Part shown: piece by piece, positions 1 to 11,874 of the stretch
Position numbering within the stretch: position 1 is the first letter of the stretch
How the letters are laid out: every line of letters starts with the position of its first letter
Origin: the human T2T-CHM13v2.0 reference genome, Homo sapiens
Reading direction: 5' to 3' (one strand)
DNA length: 64,000 bases
NCBI RefSeq assembly: GCF_009914755.1
Contig: NC_060932.1
Notes under the pieces: model-generated
Database searches by the model: none
What the model was told of the DNA's origin: nothing
Seen by the model: the letters and a program-made list of their open reading frames with translations, nothing else
Position numbers and translations under genes: made by a program

Positions 1-1263
1 GCCAAGATAAAACAGCATTGCTTTGCTTCTCCTTGATGACTTTAAAGTTTAATGCTCTGTGTATCAGTAAGTGTCTTCTTGTATGTTCATACCACATTTC
101 AAGTTGGAGAAGAATGCAAGGTAGTTTAGCTTCATCTGTCTATGTGACTAAGAATTATTAGGTGTGGAAATTGGATACAAGGATCTTTTGAAGGCAGTAA
201 GGATGGGCTTGTCACACAAGGTAAAATTTTAAAATGAATTTTGACATATTCAATAGGCTTCATAACAACTGATTAGCATCTCAGAATATTTAGGAACCCC
301 AGTGACACCAGCTGTCTTATAAGGGCCGTCAGATCATAGCACAGATGCACTGAAATCAAAGGAAGTGTTGAATTTATGTTGAATTTTCTCCTCTGTTTCA
401 GAACTTCATGTTTCAATGTAGGATAGTATTCCGTAATATAAACTCTCACTAAATAGTCACTGTTGTGTAACATTTATTTAATCTTTTGCTTTATAATCTA
501 AATTGTCAAATTAATCTGTCCTTGCCAACTTCCTCCACTACCAGCGGAGAATTAGCTGCATTAGGATGCACTCACATGACCGTTTTGTATCAGATGGTGA
601 GATAGTTCTGTCAGACAGCTGAGTAACCACATTAAAATAACTCAACAAGTTGTTTGAAAAGACCAATCCGTTGAAATTAATGAAATTTTTTACTTACAGG
701 AAGTACAAGTCACCACTGGAGTAGATATTAGCCATATTTATTTTATTAGAGTTTACACACAATAGGTCATTAAGGTGAACTGTGCTTTTCTTAAAATACA
801 AGGAGTGCAAGCTTACATAAATTGTAAATATGATGCATCTATCCAAATATTTATCTTCAAGGAGATAGTTCATGGAAAACTTTTCTTTAGTCATTTGGTG
901 GAGTGTGTAATAATGTCCTTTAATATCATGATGCTCTGCTCCTCTGATACTGTATTTGATGGTCGAACTGTGCTACAGAAAGCATTTGAACATATTGTAG
1001 ACTAGTCATCAAGTTTTCTCTTCCATGAAATGGAATAGAACCAAGTCCCAGGTGAGAGAAAATGACTATAATTTTCCAATTCCATATGGAAGTTTGCGAT
1101 TACTTGCAAAAAGAACAACCAACAACCTTTCAAGCCAGAGATAGGCAGACTCTTGATGGTCATCCACTGACATTTCTTCTAAATGGGATAATGCATGTGG
1201 GAGACCTGATTGATTACACTAGTTATCAAAGCAGTATTTCAGTTGTCTCTTTTTGTTGCTCCT

Positions 1264-1521
1264 GAGTAGTTAAAAGGATGGATCCAGAATAGGGCTGCCC
1301 AGGTGCAAATCCTGGCTCTGCCACGTGGGAGCTATGTGGTGTTGGTAAGTTACAGCCCTTTAATACCGTACCGCAGCTTCATCATTTGTTACATGGACAT
1401 AATAACAGTACAACCCTCATAGGATTATTTCAAAGATTGAATGAGTTTATTTACCTAATAAGCTTAGAGCAGTGTGTGACACATGGTAAGTGCTCCATAA
1501 ATGTAGCCCGTTGTCATTATT
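1264..1521 (+). mobile_element. MIR SINE
   Basis: MIR core-like 'ggtgcaaatcctggctctgccac...ataataacagtacaaccctcatagg' and 3' 'acatggtaagtgctccataaatgtagc'; boundaries approximate. Confidence 0.8.
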
Positions 1522-1589
1522 TTAACTTTTGTTAAGATGAATCGATGTGTTGAAGTTAAGTGCTGTTAAATTTTTTTTATGCTTCATTG

Positions 1590-2260
1590 AGCGCAAGAAA
1601 GGTGTCAGGAGAATGGAAATGTTGTTCTAATTTTCGAAATTGATGGAACATTTGGATTCTGAAAATAATAGATTGTTACAATTTCTCTTTCAAAAAATTC
1701 TAGTTGAAATTACTAAACAGATGGCTTTTGAGCACTCAGAAAAAAATGCAGTGGTCACTAACCATCCTGATGTGTTAATTAAAAGCAAGCGATTCCAAAC
1801 TGCCTATTCTTGTTTTTAGAAAGTGTTACTGGATTGTTGGTATAAGAGATGCTTTATCTGAGTATATGGGTTCTTTCCTTACATATTTCGATCGAAACGA
1901 ACATGAGTTTGATCAAGTGGAGTTACTGTTTCTTGGGTAGACCACAAAAAACACTGTATTCTCAAGTATAGGGGGTCTTTCATACCCTATGAAAGTACAA
2001 TTATTTTGCCTACTTCCATTCAATTTTTGTATCGTTGGTTTCTGCATGAAGACCTAGAAAACATCCATATCATGTAAGAGACACATTTTAGAGAGAAAGC
2101 TAATGTTGACAACAGCTCTATTTTAAAAAGAAAAGCAATTAGTAGGAATAGTGGTTGAAACAACTGAATAAAATGTAATAGGAATATATGTAAAAATCAT
2201 CTAATTTATTTAAAAAATCTTACAATAGTGAAGTAGTCTTGGCATAACAGACGTTTATTT
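1590..2260 (+). mobile_element. L3/CR1 LINE remnant (degraded RT region)
   Basis: 'aaacagatggcttttgagcactcagaaaaaaatgcagtggtcactaacc...ccaaactgcctattcttgtttttagaaagtgttactggattg' resembles CR1/L3 ORF2; highly diverged. Confidence 0.5.
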
Positions 2261-2339
2261 AAAGACATTTCGAACCTTCAAACATAAATAATTTTGTTTT
2301 GGAGAGTCAACTCTTGTTGGTTCTATGGGGTTGACTACA

Positions 2340-2720
2340 GCACTGTAATAAACAGTTGCTGAAAATAAAACAGCTTCTAATACCCAATAGTGACATAGCT
2401 TCTAACCCTCAGGAGCTTGTAAAATGGTGTAGGTGGCAAATCTATAGATAATAACAGTACAACATGGAAACACTACAGTGGGGTAAGCATGGAACTCTTG
2501 AGAATTCACAGAAGGGATATTAAACACCACGTAATGCTGTAAGGAAATGATCCACAAAAGAAGGTATAGTTAAGCTAAGAGAATTAGGAGTTTATCAGGT
2601 CGGTGAGAGTAAGGACAGCAGTATTCCAGGTTGGTAAACTTTAGAAAGGCCTGGAGATGTCAGCACATACTAGGTTCTAGGATTATAAGTACCAGTGGTC
2701 TCAGTAAGAACAGCATGTTT
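2340..2720 (-). mobile_element. L2 LINE fragment
   Basis: antisense L2-like motifs 'ccctcaggagcttgtaaaatggtgtagg', 'gagaattaggagtttatcagg...gtattccagg'. Confidence 0.5.
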
Positions 2721-2814
2721 CAGAGGCAACTGAGTTATAATTATAACAGCTTATATTCATATATATGCCTCATACTTTTAAAAATGATTTACATATATTA
2801 ACTCATTCAATTGT

Positions 2815-3310
2815 ATTATATCTGTTGGCTTTTTCTGCATTAAAAAAAATCCAACCCCATAACTTAGTAACTTAAGACAATCATTTACTATTGCTCTTGA
2901 GTCTAGGAATCTGCAGGGTGATTCTTCCCCTATGGGGCAGGCTTGGGTCATCTTGGCTGGATTTGCTCCTTCATCTGCGCTCAGCTGTTCATCTGGGATG
3001 GCCTCATTCACATGTTTGGCAATTGTTTTTCTTTTGGCTGGGGCAGTGGAGATGGCTGGGGCAGTGGAGATGACTGGGCCACGTGTCTCTGGTCATTGAG
3101 TGAAGAAGCCCAGGCTGGTTCACATGACAGCCAGGGGCTCTAAAATCAGCAAGAGGACACATCTCAGTTCTCAATCACATTCCAAGTCTCTGCTAACTCC
3201 TCTTTAGCCAGATCAAGTCACTTAGTTAACCCAGATTGAAGTATGTGAGAAATGACTTCCATTTTAAGGGGAGCGAAAGCATGTGCGGCCAATTTTGTAG
3301 TTTATTGCAA
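2815..3310 (-). mobile_element. MLT1 (MaLR, H/G-like) solo LTR
   Basis: starts with reverse of MLT1 3' end ('ctgcatt...aaccccataacttagtaacttaagacaatcatttact'); contains an 18-bp tandem duplication tggctggggcagtggaga at 3035-3070. Confidence 0.7.
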
Positions 3311-3314
3311 CTTA

Positions 3315-3478
3315 AAACATCTCAATGAGGCACATGTTATTGTTGTCAACCCCAGTTACCTCGGATGTACGGAGAGATTTGTGAACTTGTTCAAAGTCAC
3401 ATAGCCAGTAAGTGGCAGGACTGGCATTTTGCAACCAGGCAATGTGACTCTAGAGGCAGATTCTTACCCATTGTGCTC
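3315..3478 (-). mobile_element. MIR SINE
   Basis: 'aacttgttcaaagtcacatagccagtaagtggcaggactggcattt...tgactctagag'. Confidence 0.75.
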
Positions 3479-3484
3479 TGTGGG

Positions 3485-3770
3485 CTTTTTATGGAAGAGG
3501 TCAAATAGATACAGACCATGAACAACATCGTATGCTATTGTAAGAAGTTGGGATTTTATCCTGAGGGCATTGGAGAGCCATTGAAAAATGATTATCAGAA
3601 GGCTGACATGATCAGCTTTATAGCTTAAAGAGATCGGTCGAGCTACATGATGGAGAATGTATTATAGGGAGGCACGATTGGAAATAGGCTGACCAACCGA
3701 CTAGGCAGTACATTAATCGAATAGTATATTGAAGGAAGACTGATCTAAGGTAGTGGCAGTTGAATAGCTG
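3485..3770 (-). mobile_element. L2 LINE fragment
   Basis: 'taagaagttgggattttatcctgagggcattggagagccattgaaa...gacatgatcag' typical antisense L2. Confidence 0.65.
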
Positions 3771-4659
3771 TATTGTTTTATTTAAATTAAGGAAATATGT
3801 GGAAAAGCATTCGTATTAATGTGACAGTATTGACTGGGTGTGAGTTGCTTGGAAAAATTAAAATAGTGTGGATATATAAATAACACATTTAGGAAAGCAC
3901 AATCACCTCATTACTTGTTAGTCAATAATGAATAATGAAGGGAGAAGATTTTAGTTGGTATAAATAAATGATTGGAGTTGACAATGGAGATGAGAAAGGG
4001 GCTTACTGAATATATTTGCTAATTGATCCTGTAAAGATGCTAATCCTCATTCTGTCTCTATGAGCTAAATGTATAGATGGTATTTATTCAGTGAACACAA
4101 AACTCCTTTGTGATTGTCCATCTGCCAAACTAACTTGCAAGGTGTGAACATATATTTTTACAGAAGACTGACTTATGCAGCATCTTAGAAAAATCACATA
4201 CATTGGCCTAACTATTCAGAAATGGAAGGGGGATTTTGTTATCTTACTTGACTTAGCAATCCCTGGCCTTTTGATTTTTGGGATGTTTCACGTGAGCCTG
4301 AATGAAAATGATTACAGATTAAATCGGGAGTATAATTATTTAGGCTAAATTTTTATTGAGACTGCATTTCTCTGTGATGAGTAATTAAAGTCACAGATAA
4401 TTTAGAGACTGTGGAGTTCAGTTTTCTTCATTGCTTATATTACTTTGCATTTTCAGGAAATATGCTGTCCGATGGGTTAGCAATATTAGGGACCACTAGA
4501 GGACATTTATTTAATCGTCGAAAGCAACCATGACAGTAGCAAGCCAATATATGAAAGAAATGAAGTCATTTCAGCACAAAATAAATGTTCTGACTTTTAG
4601 AAGATAAGCTAACATCTCAACTTAAAATGAGTGAATGCTAGCATTTTGGAAGAAACGTA

Positions 4660-4800
4660 GACAGCAGATATTTCAATTTCTCCACTTTATAGATAAAGAT
4701 ATTGAGGATCAAAACAGTTAAATGATTTTTCCAAGGTCCCATAGCTAATTAGCAGTGGAGTTTAGAAATAACTTTCTAGTTCCTGTCCAGTGAATCTTCC
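4660..4800 (-). mobile_element. MIR fragment
   Basis: 'ccactttatagataaagatattgagg...gttaaatgatttttccaaggtcccatagctaattagcagtggag'. Confidence 0.7.
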
Positions 4801-5460
4801 ATCGACATTTTCTATTTCAATGTCCCATAACCATTGTGATTAATTTTTTCCAAATATTATATGTAATAAATAGATTGGTACACCTGTTCCTGCTAAAATA
4901 AAGAAGTCTGTTTGCTGATAGATAACACCTCTTCTCAAAGAGTTAAATTGGTTCTGTAAATGTTTGAAAGAAGGTAGTTTGGGTCATCTGGTCACCAGCT
5001 TATAACTGGCTGACTTCACTGGCCACAATGGCTATTACGAAAACATCTTAGTAAGTTTGTTATTGTCAAAGGTATAATTTTTAGCTGACCAGCCCCCAAA
5101 TTTAATTATAACAGTTTATCAGGATGTGCTCAACTAAGGATGGTGAATCACATTAACTAAACTTGAAAGAGACTAACAGAAAGCAGAACGCCCATCAATT
5201 TTACAATGAGACGTGATAATCAGTCAAAGTAAACATTCCTATCGATCTGCGGTGTACACTCTCTCTTGCCTCCATGGACCTGGGAAGCCAGATTGTTTAG
5301 CGAACTCAGAGTAAGACTAAGGGTAGGTATGGAGAATTGTCACATATTTTACGTGACGTAAATTATATGTGTATATAATTAACATTATATAATTATATAA
5401 TTATCATATTCCAGGCTAATATTGCCTTTTATGCCATTTTCACTGTAGGACTACCTTGTG

Positions 5461-5510
5461 CTTAGACAAGATAACTTAGTTGCCTTCTACTTAGACAAGA
5501 CAACTTAGTT
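5461..5510. repeat. short direct repeat (21 bp x2, period 29)
   Basis: cttagacaagataacttagtt (5461-5481) vs cttagacaagacaacttagtt (5490-5510). Confidence 0.9.
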
Positions 5511-6034
5511 CTTGGTTGTGTCTTTTGGTCGGTATGAGGACAGGCACTGCCAACCCTTGTTCTAGTGACTATCTTTTCTTTAGTTCTGACTGTCCTTTCT
5601 TCTGATGGATAATTCACTCCCACCCCATGTGTTAATTCTTTTTCAAGTCTTATTGCATAAGAGATACTCTGTTTCTGAAAGGGAACTTTACATGTTTTTA
5701 CTATTTAACTCTCAGGAGGCAACCTGATTGCCTTTATTTCCCAGTTCTTGGAAGATACTGTATCACTTTCCTGTCATTTTCATGCGCTGCCTCCAACTCT
5801 CCCTAGGTTGGACTTCAAATTCTACATAAATGTAAAAAATATTATACTTTGTCAGGGATTTAGATGGACTGATATATAAGGGCAGTTGTCTTCCTGGTGC
5901 TCTGTTAAACTCCACAATACTAGTTCTCATTCACCCACCATTAATAATAATGAAGCTGACATATTATGTCTCTTGTAAGCAGCAAAAAAAAGTGAGAACA
6001 TGATAAATACATGAATTCCTAAGACACATACAAT

Positions 6035-6260
6035 GAGGATCATCTTGGAAGTCAGACACAGCTGGGTTTGAAGCAGGCCTCACTTTTTACTAACTATGTG
6101 ACCTGGGGCAGATATCTTTGCATCTGATTCTGTTTTATCATCCATAACATTTTAATGATACATATTTTTTAGGGTTGTTTTAGGAATAAAAGCAGTTCTA
6201 TCTATTTATTAACTATTTATTGTCAATGTGAGTACCACATAATAGGTCTTTAATAATCAT
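6035..6260 (+). mobile_element. MIR SINE
   Basis: 'ggaagtcagacacagctgggtttgaag...tactaactatgtgacctggggcag'. Confidence 0.7.
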
Positions 6261-6389
6261 GTCTTTTCTGCTGAGAACTATAGATAGATGACATTTAAAG
6301 ATGGATAAAGTAACTTCCCATTATATTACACTTTCTTTATTATCCTAAGCACAGTTAAAACAGCCTGAACACAACTAAGGCTGTGTTTC

Positions 6390-6414
6390 ACTGAGCATAT
6401 GGCATATGCTCAGT
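6390..6414. repeat. perfect inverted repeat (12-bp arms, 1-nt spacer)
   Basis: actgagcatatg-g-catatgctcagt. Confidence 0.95.
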
Positions 6415-7404
6415 AAGAATACAGATTTTGACCAGAGACCTTTGATAATGAGGCAAAAAATATGTGGTTTCTAGAATTAGCTGTAACCTATCCATTACGA
6501 GTGTCTTTAAGTGTATATCCTAAAAATACAAAAAAATTAATACTAACTTAGGAGTTTCAAATAACAGAAAATCTGTCTGAATGCATAAAATCTTAGAGAA
6601 GGACCTCACCCATGTTCCACAAACAGTTATCCCTTCTTCCCTCAGTCTTTAGAAAAAAGAAAGGATTCCATGATTCCTGCGCAGTAACATTCATACCCAT
6701 ATGTTGTCTGTGTGAAGTGCATGGAGCTGACAAGGCATCTTTGAACTCAGCTATGTAAGTATGGCAATGAAGTCTGGATTTTCCCCCTTTGTATGAGTTA
6801 TAAAACTACATTCTAATTTCCTAGTAAAATATACCCTTCAGGCAAACTTAATCTCATTTACAGAAGCCTGAGCCTATCTTCCTTCTGCCCCCCACAGGCT
6901 CCACACTATTGGTTTGCTACAGTTTTCAGACCGCATTTTAAATGTATGCCTCTACTTGTTAGAAATAGACCACATTTTGCTTTTACTGTTGCATGAAGAA
7001 CAGCCAAGATTCTTTAAGGGCTGTGCAGAAGGCTGTCTGAATCCTTGATCTGATGTGCATTTGGGTAAAGGTCAGATTAATTTGTATTCCTTAATAAGAT
7101 GGTCTCTTTCCTATGATATAATACGTTCTTGTCTCCCTGGATGTGTGTTTCAGTTAGAACTTCTCCATCACTTACTTTCCATGAACTTCTGCCTTTCTCT
7201 CTTTTAAATTGGTGGTTAGCAAAGAGAATCACTAGACTGAGATAAATTGATTTCAGCTTACATATTGAGGAATCCAGAAAGGAATAAGACTGTATTTTGG
7301 CCATTAGCTTCTGATGTGGTTGAAACTTTGAAAAGTAATCAAATACAATATGGTCCTCCAGAGTTGTCATGTTCTTTTGGGAACTATCAGTAGTATTCAG
7401 GGAC

Positions 7405-8741
7405 CACAGGGAGGTAGAAATGGAGAAAAAAAAAAAGCAAGCTTTTATTTGAGAATGTGAGCCCCTTTAAATTATTATCAGGCCCAGAGAGACATTTAAA
7501 ATGTAACAGTCATGTTTCACTCCCCCTTGAGCCAAAGAATCACCTCTTGAAGCCTCTTGCCATGTAGTCTCTAGACTCACTGACCCTAAGTAGCAGCAAT
7601 GTGTTGACAAAAAGAGTCAAATTCTGTAAAATATTTGAAAAGATTTATTCTAAGACAAATATGAGTGACCGGTGGCCCATGAAACAGCCCCAAGAGATCC
7701 TGAGAACATGTGCCCAAGGTGGTTGGGGTAGAGCTTTGTTTTACACACTTTAGGGAGACATAAGACATCAATCAGTATATGTAAGATGTATATTGGTTTG
7801 GTCCTGAAAGGCAGGACAATTCGAAGTGGGGGTGGGGGGCAGTTCCAGGTTATAGGTGGTTCAAAGATTTTTGGATGGGCATTTGGTTGAAAGAGTTAAG
7901 TTATTATCTTAAGACTCGGAATCAGTAGAAGGGAGTGTCTGGGTTAAGATATGGAGTTGTGGAGATCAAGGTTTTAATCATGCAGATGAAGGCTTCAGGT
8001 TCTTCCAAGGAGCCTCCAGAGGCTTCCAAGCTCTTATCAGACATAAAAAGATGCCACACTCTTAGTTAATTTTCTCCTGGATCAGGGAAAAGACCTGGGA
8101 AAGGAAGGGGATCTCTACAGAATGTGGATTTTCTCCACAAGAAACAGGTTTGCATGGCCATTTCAAAATATGTCAAAGAAATATATTTTGGGCTAAAATA
8201 CTTTCATTTCCTTCAGGGCCTGCTGTTATGTGATGCTGTACTAGTGTCAGGCTGGAATTTGGTGCCTTATTGCTACAAAGACTCTGTTTTGTCAGCCTTA
8301 AGATCTGTGTTTGATTATTAATGCTGGTCAGCTGTGCCTGGACATCCAAAGGGAGGAGGGTATAATGAGGCATGTCTGACACCCACTTCCAATCATGGCC
8401 TGAATTAGGTTTTCCTGTTAACTTTGTAATGCCCTTGGCTGAGGGGAAGGGTCCATTCAGTTGATTGGGGGGCTTGGAGTTTTATTTTTGACTTACAAAT
8501 GTATAGCCAGTGACTAACCAATGGTATTTCTGTAAACCAATGAGAATTCTTGATGAACAAGTTTTGTAATCACTTTCTCTCCTGATTTGTCCTTTTTTTC
8601 TTCAAAAACTTGGGTATCTCCTTTGTTCTCTGGAGCATTCCATAAGGCAGCTTAGAAGTGTGTTCTTGTAGCAATCCTCAACCTTGGCTCCAATAACCTC
8701 TCTATATTAATTTTGCATCAGCTTTATTGTTCTAGGTTGAT
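7405..8741 (+). mobile_element. ERV1-class solo LTR (MER34/LTR47-like, subfamily uncertain), split by a MER4 LTR
   Basis: 5' part 'gagaatgtgagcccctttaaattattatcaggcccagagag' to 7601; 3' part 8498-8741 with two CCAAT boxes and end 'ctctctatattaattttg...taggttgata'; left boundary uncertain. Confidence 0.6.
7602..8497 (-). mobile_element. MER4-family solo LTR (ERV1), ~896 bp
   Basis: TG...CA termini; reverse strand starts 'tgtaagtcaaaaataaaactccaagccccccaatcaactgaatggaccc' like the MER4 consensus; 4-bp TSD aatg (7598-7601, 8498-8501). Confidence 0.9.
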
Positions 8742-8888
8742 AGGACTTTATAACCCTTGGACCACAATTTGCTTTTTGGTCACAGGTTATAATGACAGTA
8801 GGTTTTACACACACACATTTGTCAGCAAACAGACAAAAACTATCATACAGCTTGTTCTGTAAGCTCATTTAGGACCTGATTCTGTCCT

Positions 8889-9263
8889 TGATATTGTTTG
8901 GCTATGTCCCCACCAAAAATCTTACCTTGAATTGTAATCCCCATAATACCCATGTATCAAGGGAGAGACCAGGTGGAGGTAATTGAATCATGGAGGCTGG
9001 TTTCCCCACTGCTGTTCTCGTGGTAGTGAGTGAGTCTCACGAGATCTGATGGTTTTATAAATGTTTGGTAGTTCCTCCTGTGTTTATTCCTTCTGCTGCC
9101 TTGTGGAGGAGGTGTCTTGCTTCCCCTTTGCCTTCCACACCGATTGTAAGTTTCATGAGGCCTTCCCCAGCCATGTGGAACTGTGAGTCTATTAAACCTC
9201 TTTCCTTTCTAAATCACCCAGTCATGGGCATTTCTTTATAGCAGGTGAGAATGTACAAATACA
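8889..9263 (+). mobile_element. THE1 (THE1D-like) MaLR solo LTR
   Basis: 'tgatattgtttggctatgtccccacc...gaactgtgagtctattaaacctc...aataca'; 5-bp TSD gtcct/atcct. Confidence 0.92.
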
Positions 9264-11269
9264 ATCCTCTTGAGTGCAACCAGCAATGGGCATGGCAGAT
9301 AACTGGAGAAGATACAATGACATGCTGAAAACAGGACAAACAAACTATATAGGCAGATTAGGGGTCAGTCTTCCTTGAAGTTGGAGGTTCCTGGATCACT
9401 ACGGTTTCATGTTGCAAGCACTGCCTGTGAGGTATTAGGAGGCCCCTGACTTTCTTTCTCTGTCTCCATCACTTCTTACTTCACCTTCCCCTATGCTAAT
9501 TAACAAACCATGTGGTGCAGATTTTAAGGTATTTTGAACTGTTAAGTGGATATCCTCATTCCTATTTTGTAGGCAGAAACTAAAACCCACAGTACCCATT
9601 TCATGGTTTGTTGTGAGAAATGCGTTATGAATTTGTATGTAAAATGCTCAGCCCAGTGACTTGAACATAGTAGATGTTCGCTTTTATTATTGCCTACATA
9701 ATCAAGAGTTGGTCATTAGAAGGAAAAGTGTTATGAGTGTTGTGAAAGAAGTCCACATTATCATTATGTAAGCAGATTCTAGTGTTAAGAGGTAGTCTTA
9801 TTGAAAGGGATATTTATTTCCTTGGCCATGGATTTCTCTTTTCAAAGGTGCACATATTTATTGCCTGCATCTCTCAGGCATTCTCAATTCCAAACATTTC
9901 ATGGTTCTTATTCCTTCCTTCTATAAATAATTGAAAATAATGTTTTTTTCTCCCCCCTTTTTTTTTTCTTTTTGGTTCCCTTTTGAAAGTAGTGTTTACT
10001 AGAGTATCTCCTAAGTTGAAAAACACAAAACACTTGTAAGTCTTCATTTTACAAACTCACCTTTTTAGCTTCATTGGGATTAGCATGTGCTTTGAGTCCA
10101 TCTCTTCTACCTACAGTCTCATGTTCCTTGTGTCAATCTGTTGTTTTCACGTAATACATTTTTTGCTTCCCCTAGGGGACTGAATGAAGCAGTGTGCTTT
10201 CAGCCCTGCTCTGACCCTGTCTTCTCAAGAGGATTTAATAATGATGTGAATAGAAGATATGTGTACGTGAAATTTCCTTATTTGCAATGCATGTTGTGTC
10301 TGCCTCTTTAAAGAAAGTAAAGGTTAATATGTTGATTTCCTATTTATAGGTAACTTAATGCTTCTCATTTTTCCTAATCATGGCACAAGGTTTTGGCTCA
10401 GTACGTACGATTTCTTAAACGATCTTTCTAAATCATTATAATGATTTGATGAGTTTACTACTCTCCGAAGAGGTTGGATTGACAGGTTTAAAGAGACAAA
10501 TCATACAGTACTTTTTTGCCACATAATATCTAGTTAGAGCAGCAAGCCCTTCCATTTGCATGCTATATTTCTTGATAATATATCTTACAGGCTTCTTTAT
10601 TTTAGCCCAGGCATTTCTGCCTCTGCAATCCAGTCTTAGCAGTAGGACTAATATGACCTTCACATATATCAGAATTGAGTCAGGCAATATTTAGGTAAAA
10701 AGGTAAACTAGTACACCTACCAGAAAAGATAAATATTAATTTATTGCATCTCTGACATGAGAAAAAAAGCCTTTATGTTTTACTGTTTTTTTCTAATTTT
10801 TCTTTTTCTTTTTTTTTTTTTTTTTTTCACATGAATGGAACTCGAAAAAGGCCTTTATTCAGCCATTGTGATACCTGGGACCATATAAAAGTAATCAGGA
10901 TTAAGCTTTTGGAGAAAATGTGTTCTCTAAAAAGGAGTGGCTACCTAATTGGTGTCTTTATGTTTTAGATGTTTTTGTGGAGTCTAATTGACATAACCTT
11001 TACTCTGAGTCACTTGGCTTCTAAGGAAATGCAACGTACCATTTTTAATGAGTTGCAAACTGCCTGGCTGCCCCAACCCCCTTTAGTCTGCCCTTCACCA
11101 TTTTGAAGTAATTCTAGAGAATATAAACTATGAAAAATATACATTTCTTTCAAGTAGCTGCTATTTGCACCAAGCATTGTGATAGGCAATAGAAATATTG
11201 CTACTCCTAATTCCAAAAACATATGTCATTTATAGTGTGTGGATTAATATTTTTACATACTTTAATCCA

Positions 11270-11410
11270 GTTTTCCTTAAAACAACCATATGGGGCAGGC
11301 ACTCTTCTTGTCTCCATTTTAGCAATAAAATAAAGCACAGAAAGTTAATTGCTCAAGGTGCTACTAAGTGGTGGAGCTGAATCTGCACCCAGGCAGCATT
11401 ACTCCATAAT
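11270..11410 (-). mobile_element. MIR fragment
   Basis: 'ctccattttagcaataaaataaagcacagaaagttaattgctcaagg...ctaagtggtggagctg'. Confidence 0.65.
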
Positions 11411-11567
11411 CTATGGAGTGATTAAACTATTAGAATTAGTAGCAAAGTCATTGTCCTTGTTGGGCTTGCAGGTTGGTTATTCATTTTCATTAGGAAAATC
11501 CCTGGTCGGTGCTCTTAAGAGCGTGTCCTGTGTATATAGCTTCGGGACAAACATAAGAATGATGTTT

Positions 11568-11874
11568 GACTGGGTATGTTGGCTCATTCCTGTAATCCCA
11601 GCACTTTGGGAAGCCAAGGCAGGAAGACGGTTTGTGCCCAGGAATTTGAAACCAGCCTGGACAACATAGCGAGACCCCATCTATACCAAAAAGTTAAAAA
11701 TTAGCCAGGCGTGGTGGCATCCACCTATAAGTCCCAGTACGTACTATAGAGGTGATGCAGGAGTATCACTGGAGCCCAGGAGGTTAAGGCTGCAGTGAGC
11801 AATGATCACACCACCGTACACCAGCCTAGGCAACAGAGCAAGACCCTGTCTCCAAAAAAAAAAAAAAAAAAAAA
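11568..11874 (+). mobile_element. AluJ
   Basis: dimeric Alu with J-type 'gcccaggaatttgaaaccagcctggacaacatagcgagaccccatc' and 'gagcccaggaggttaaggctgcagtgagc'; poly(A) tail. Confidence 0.95.
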
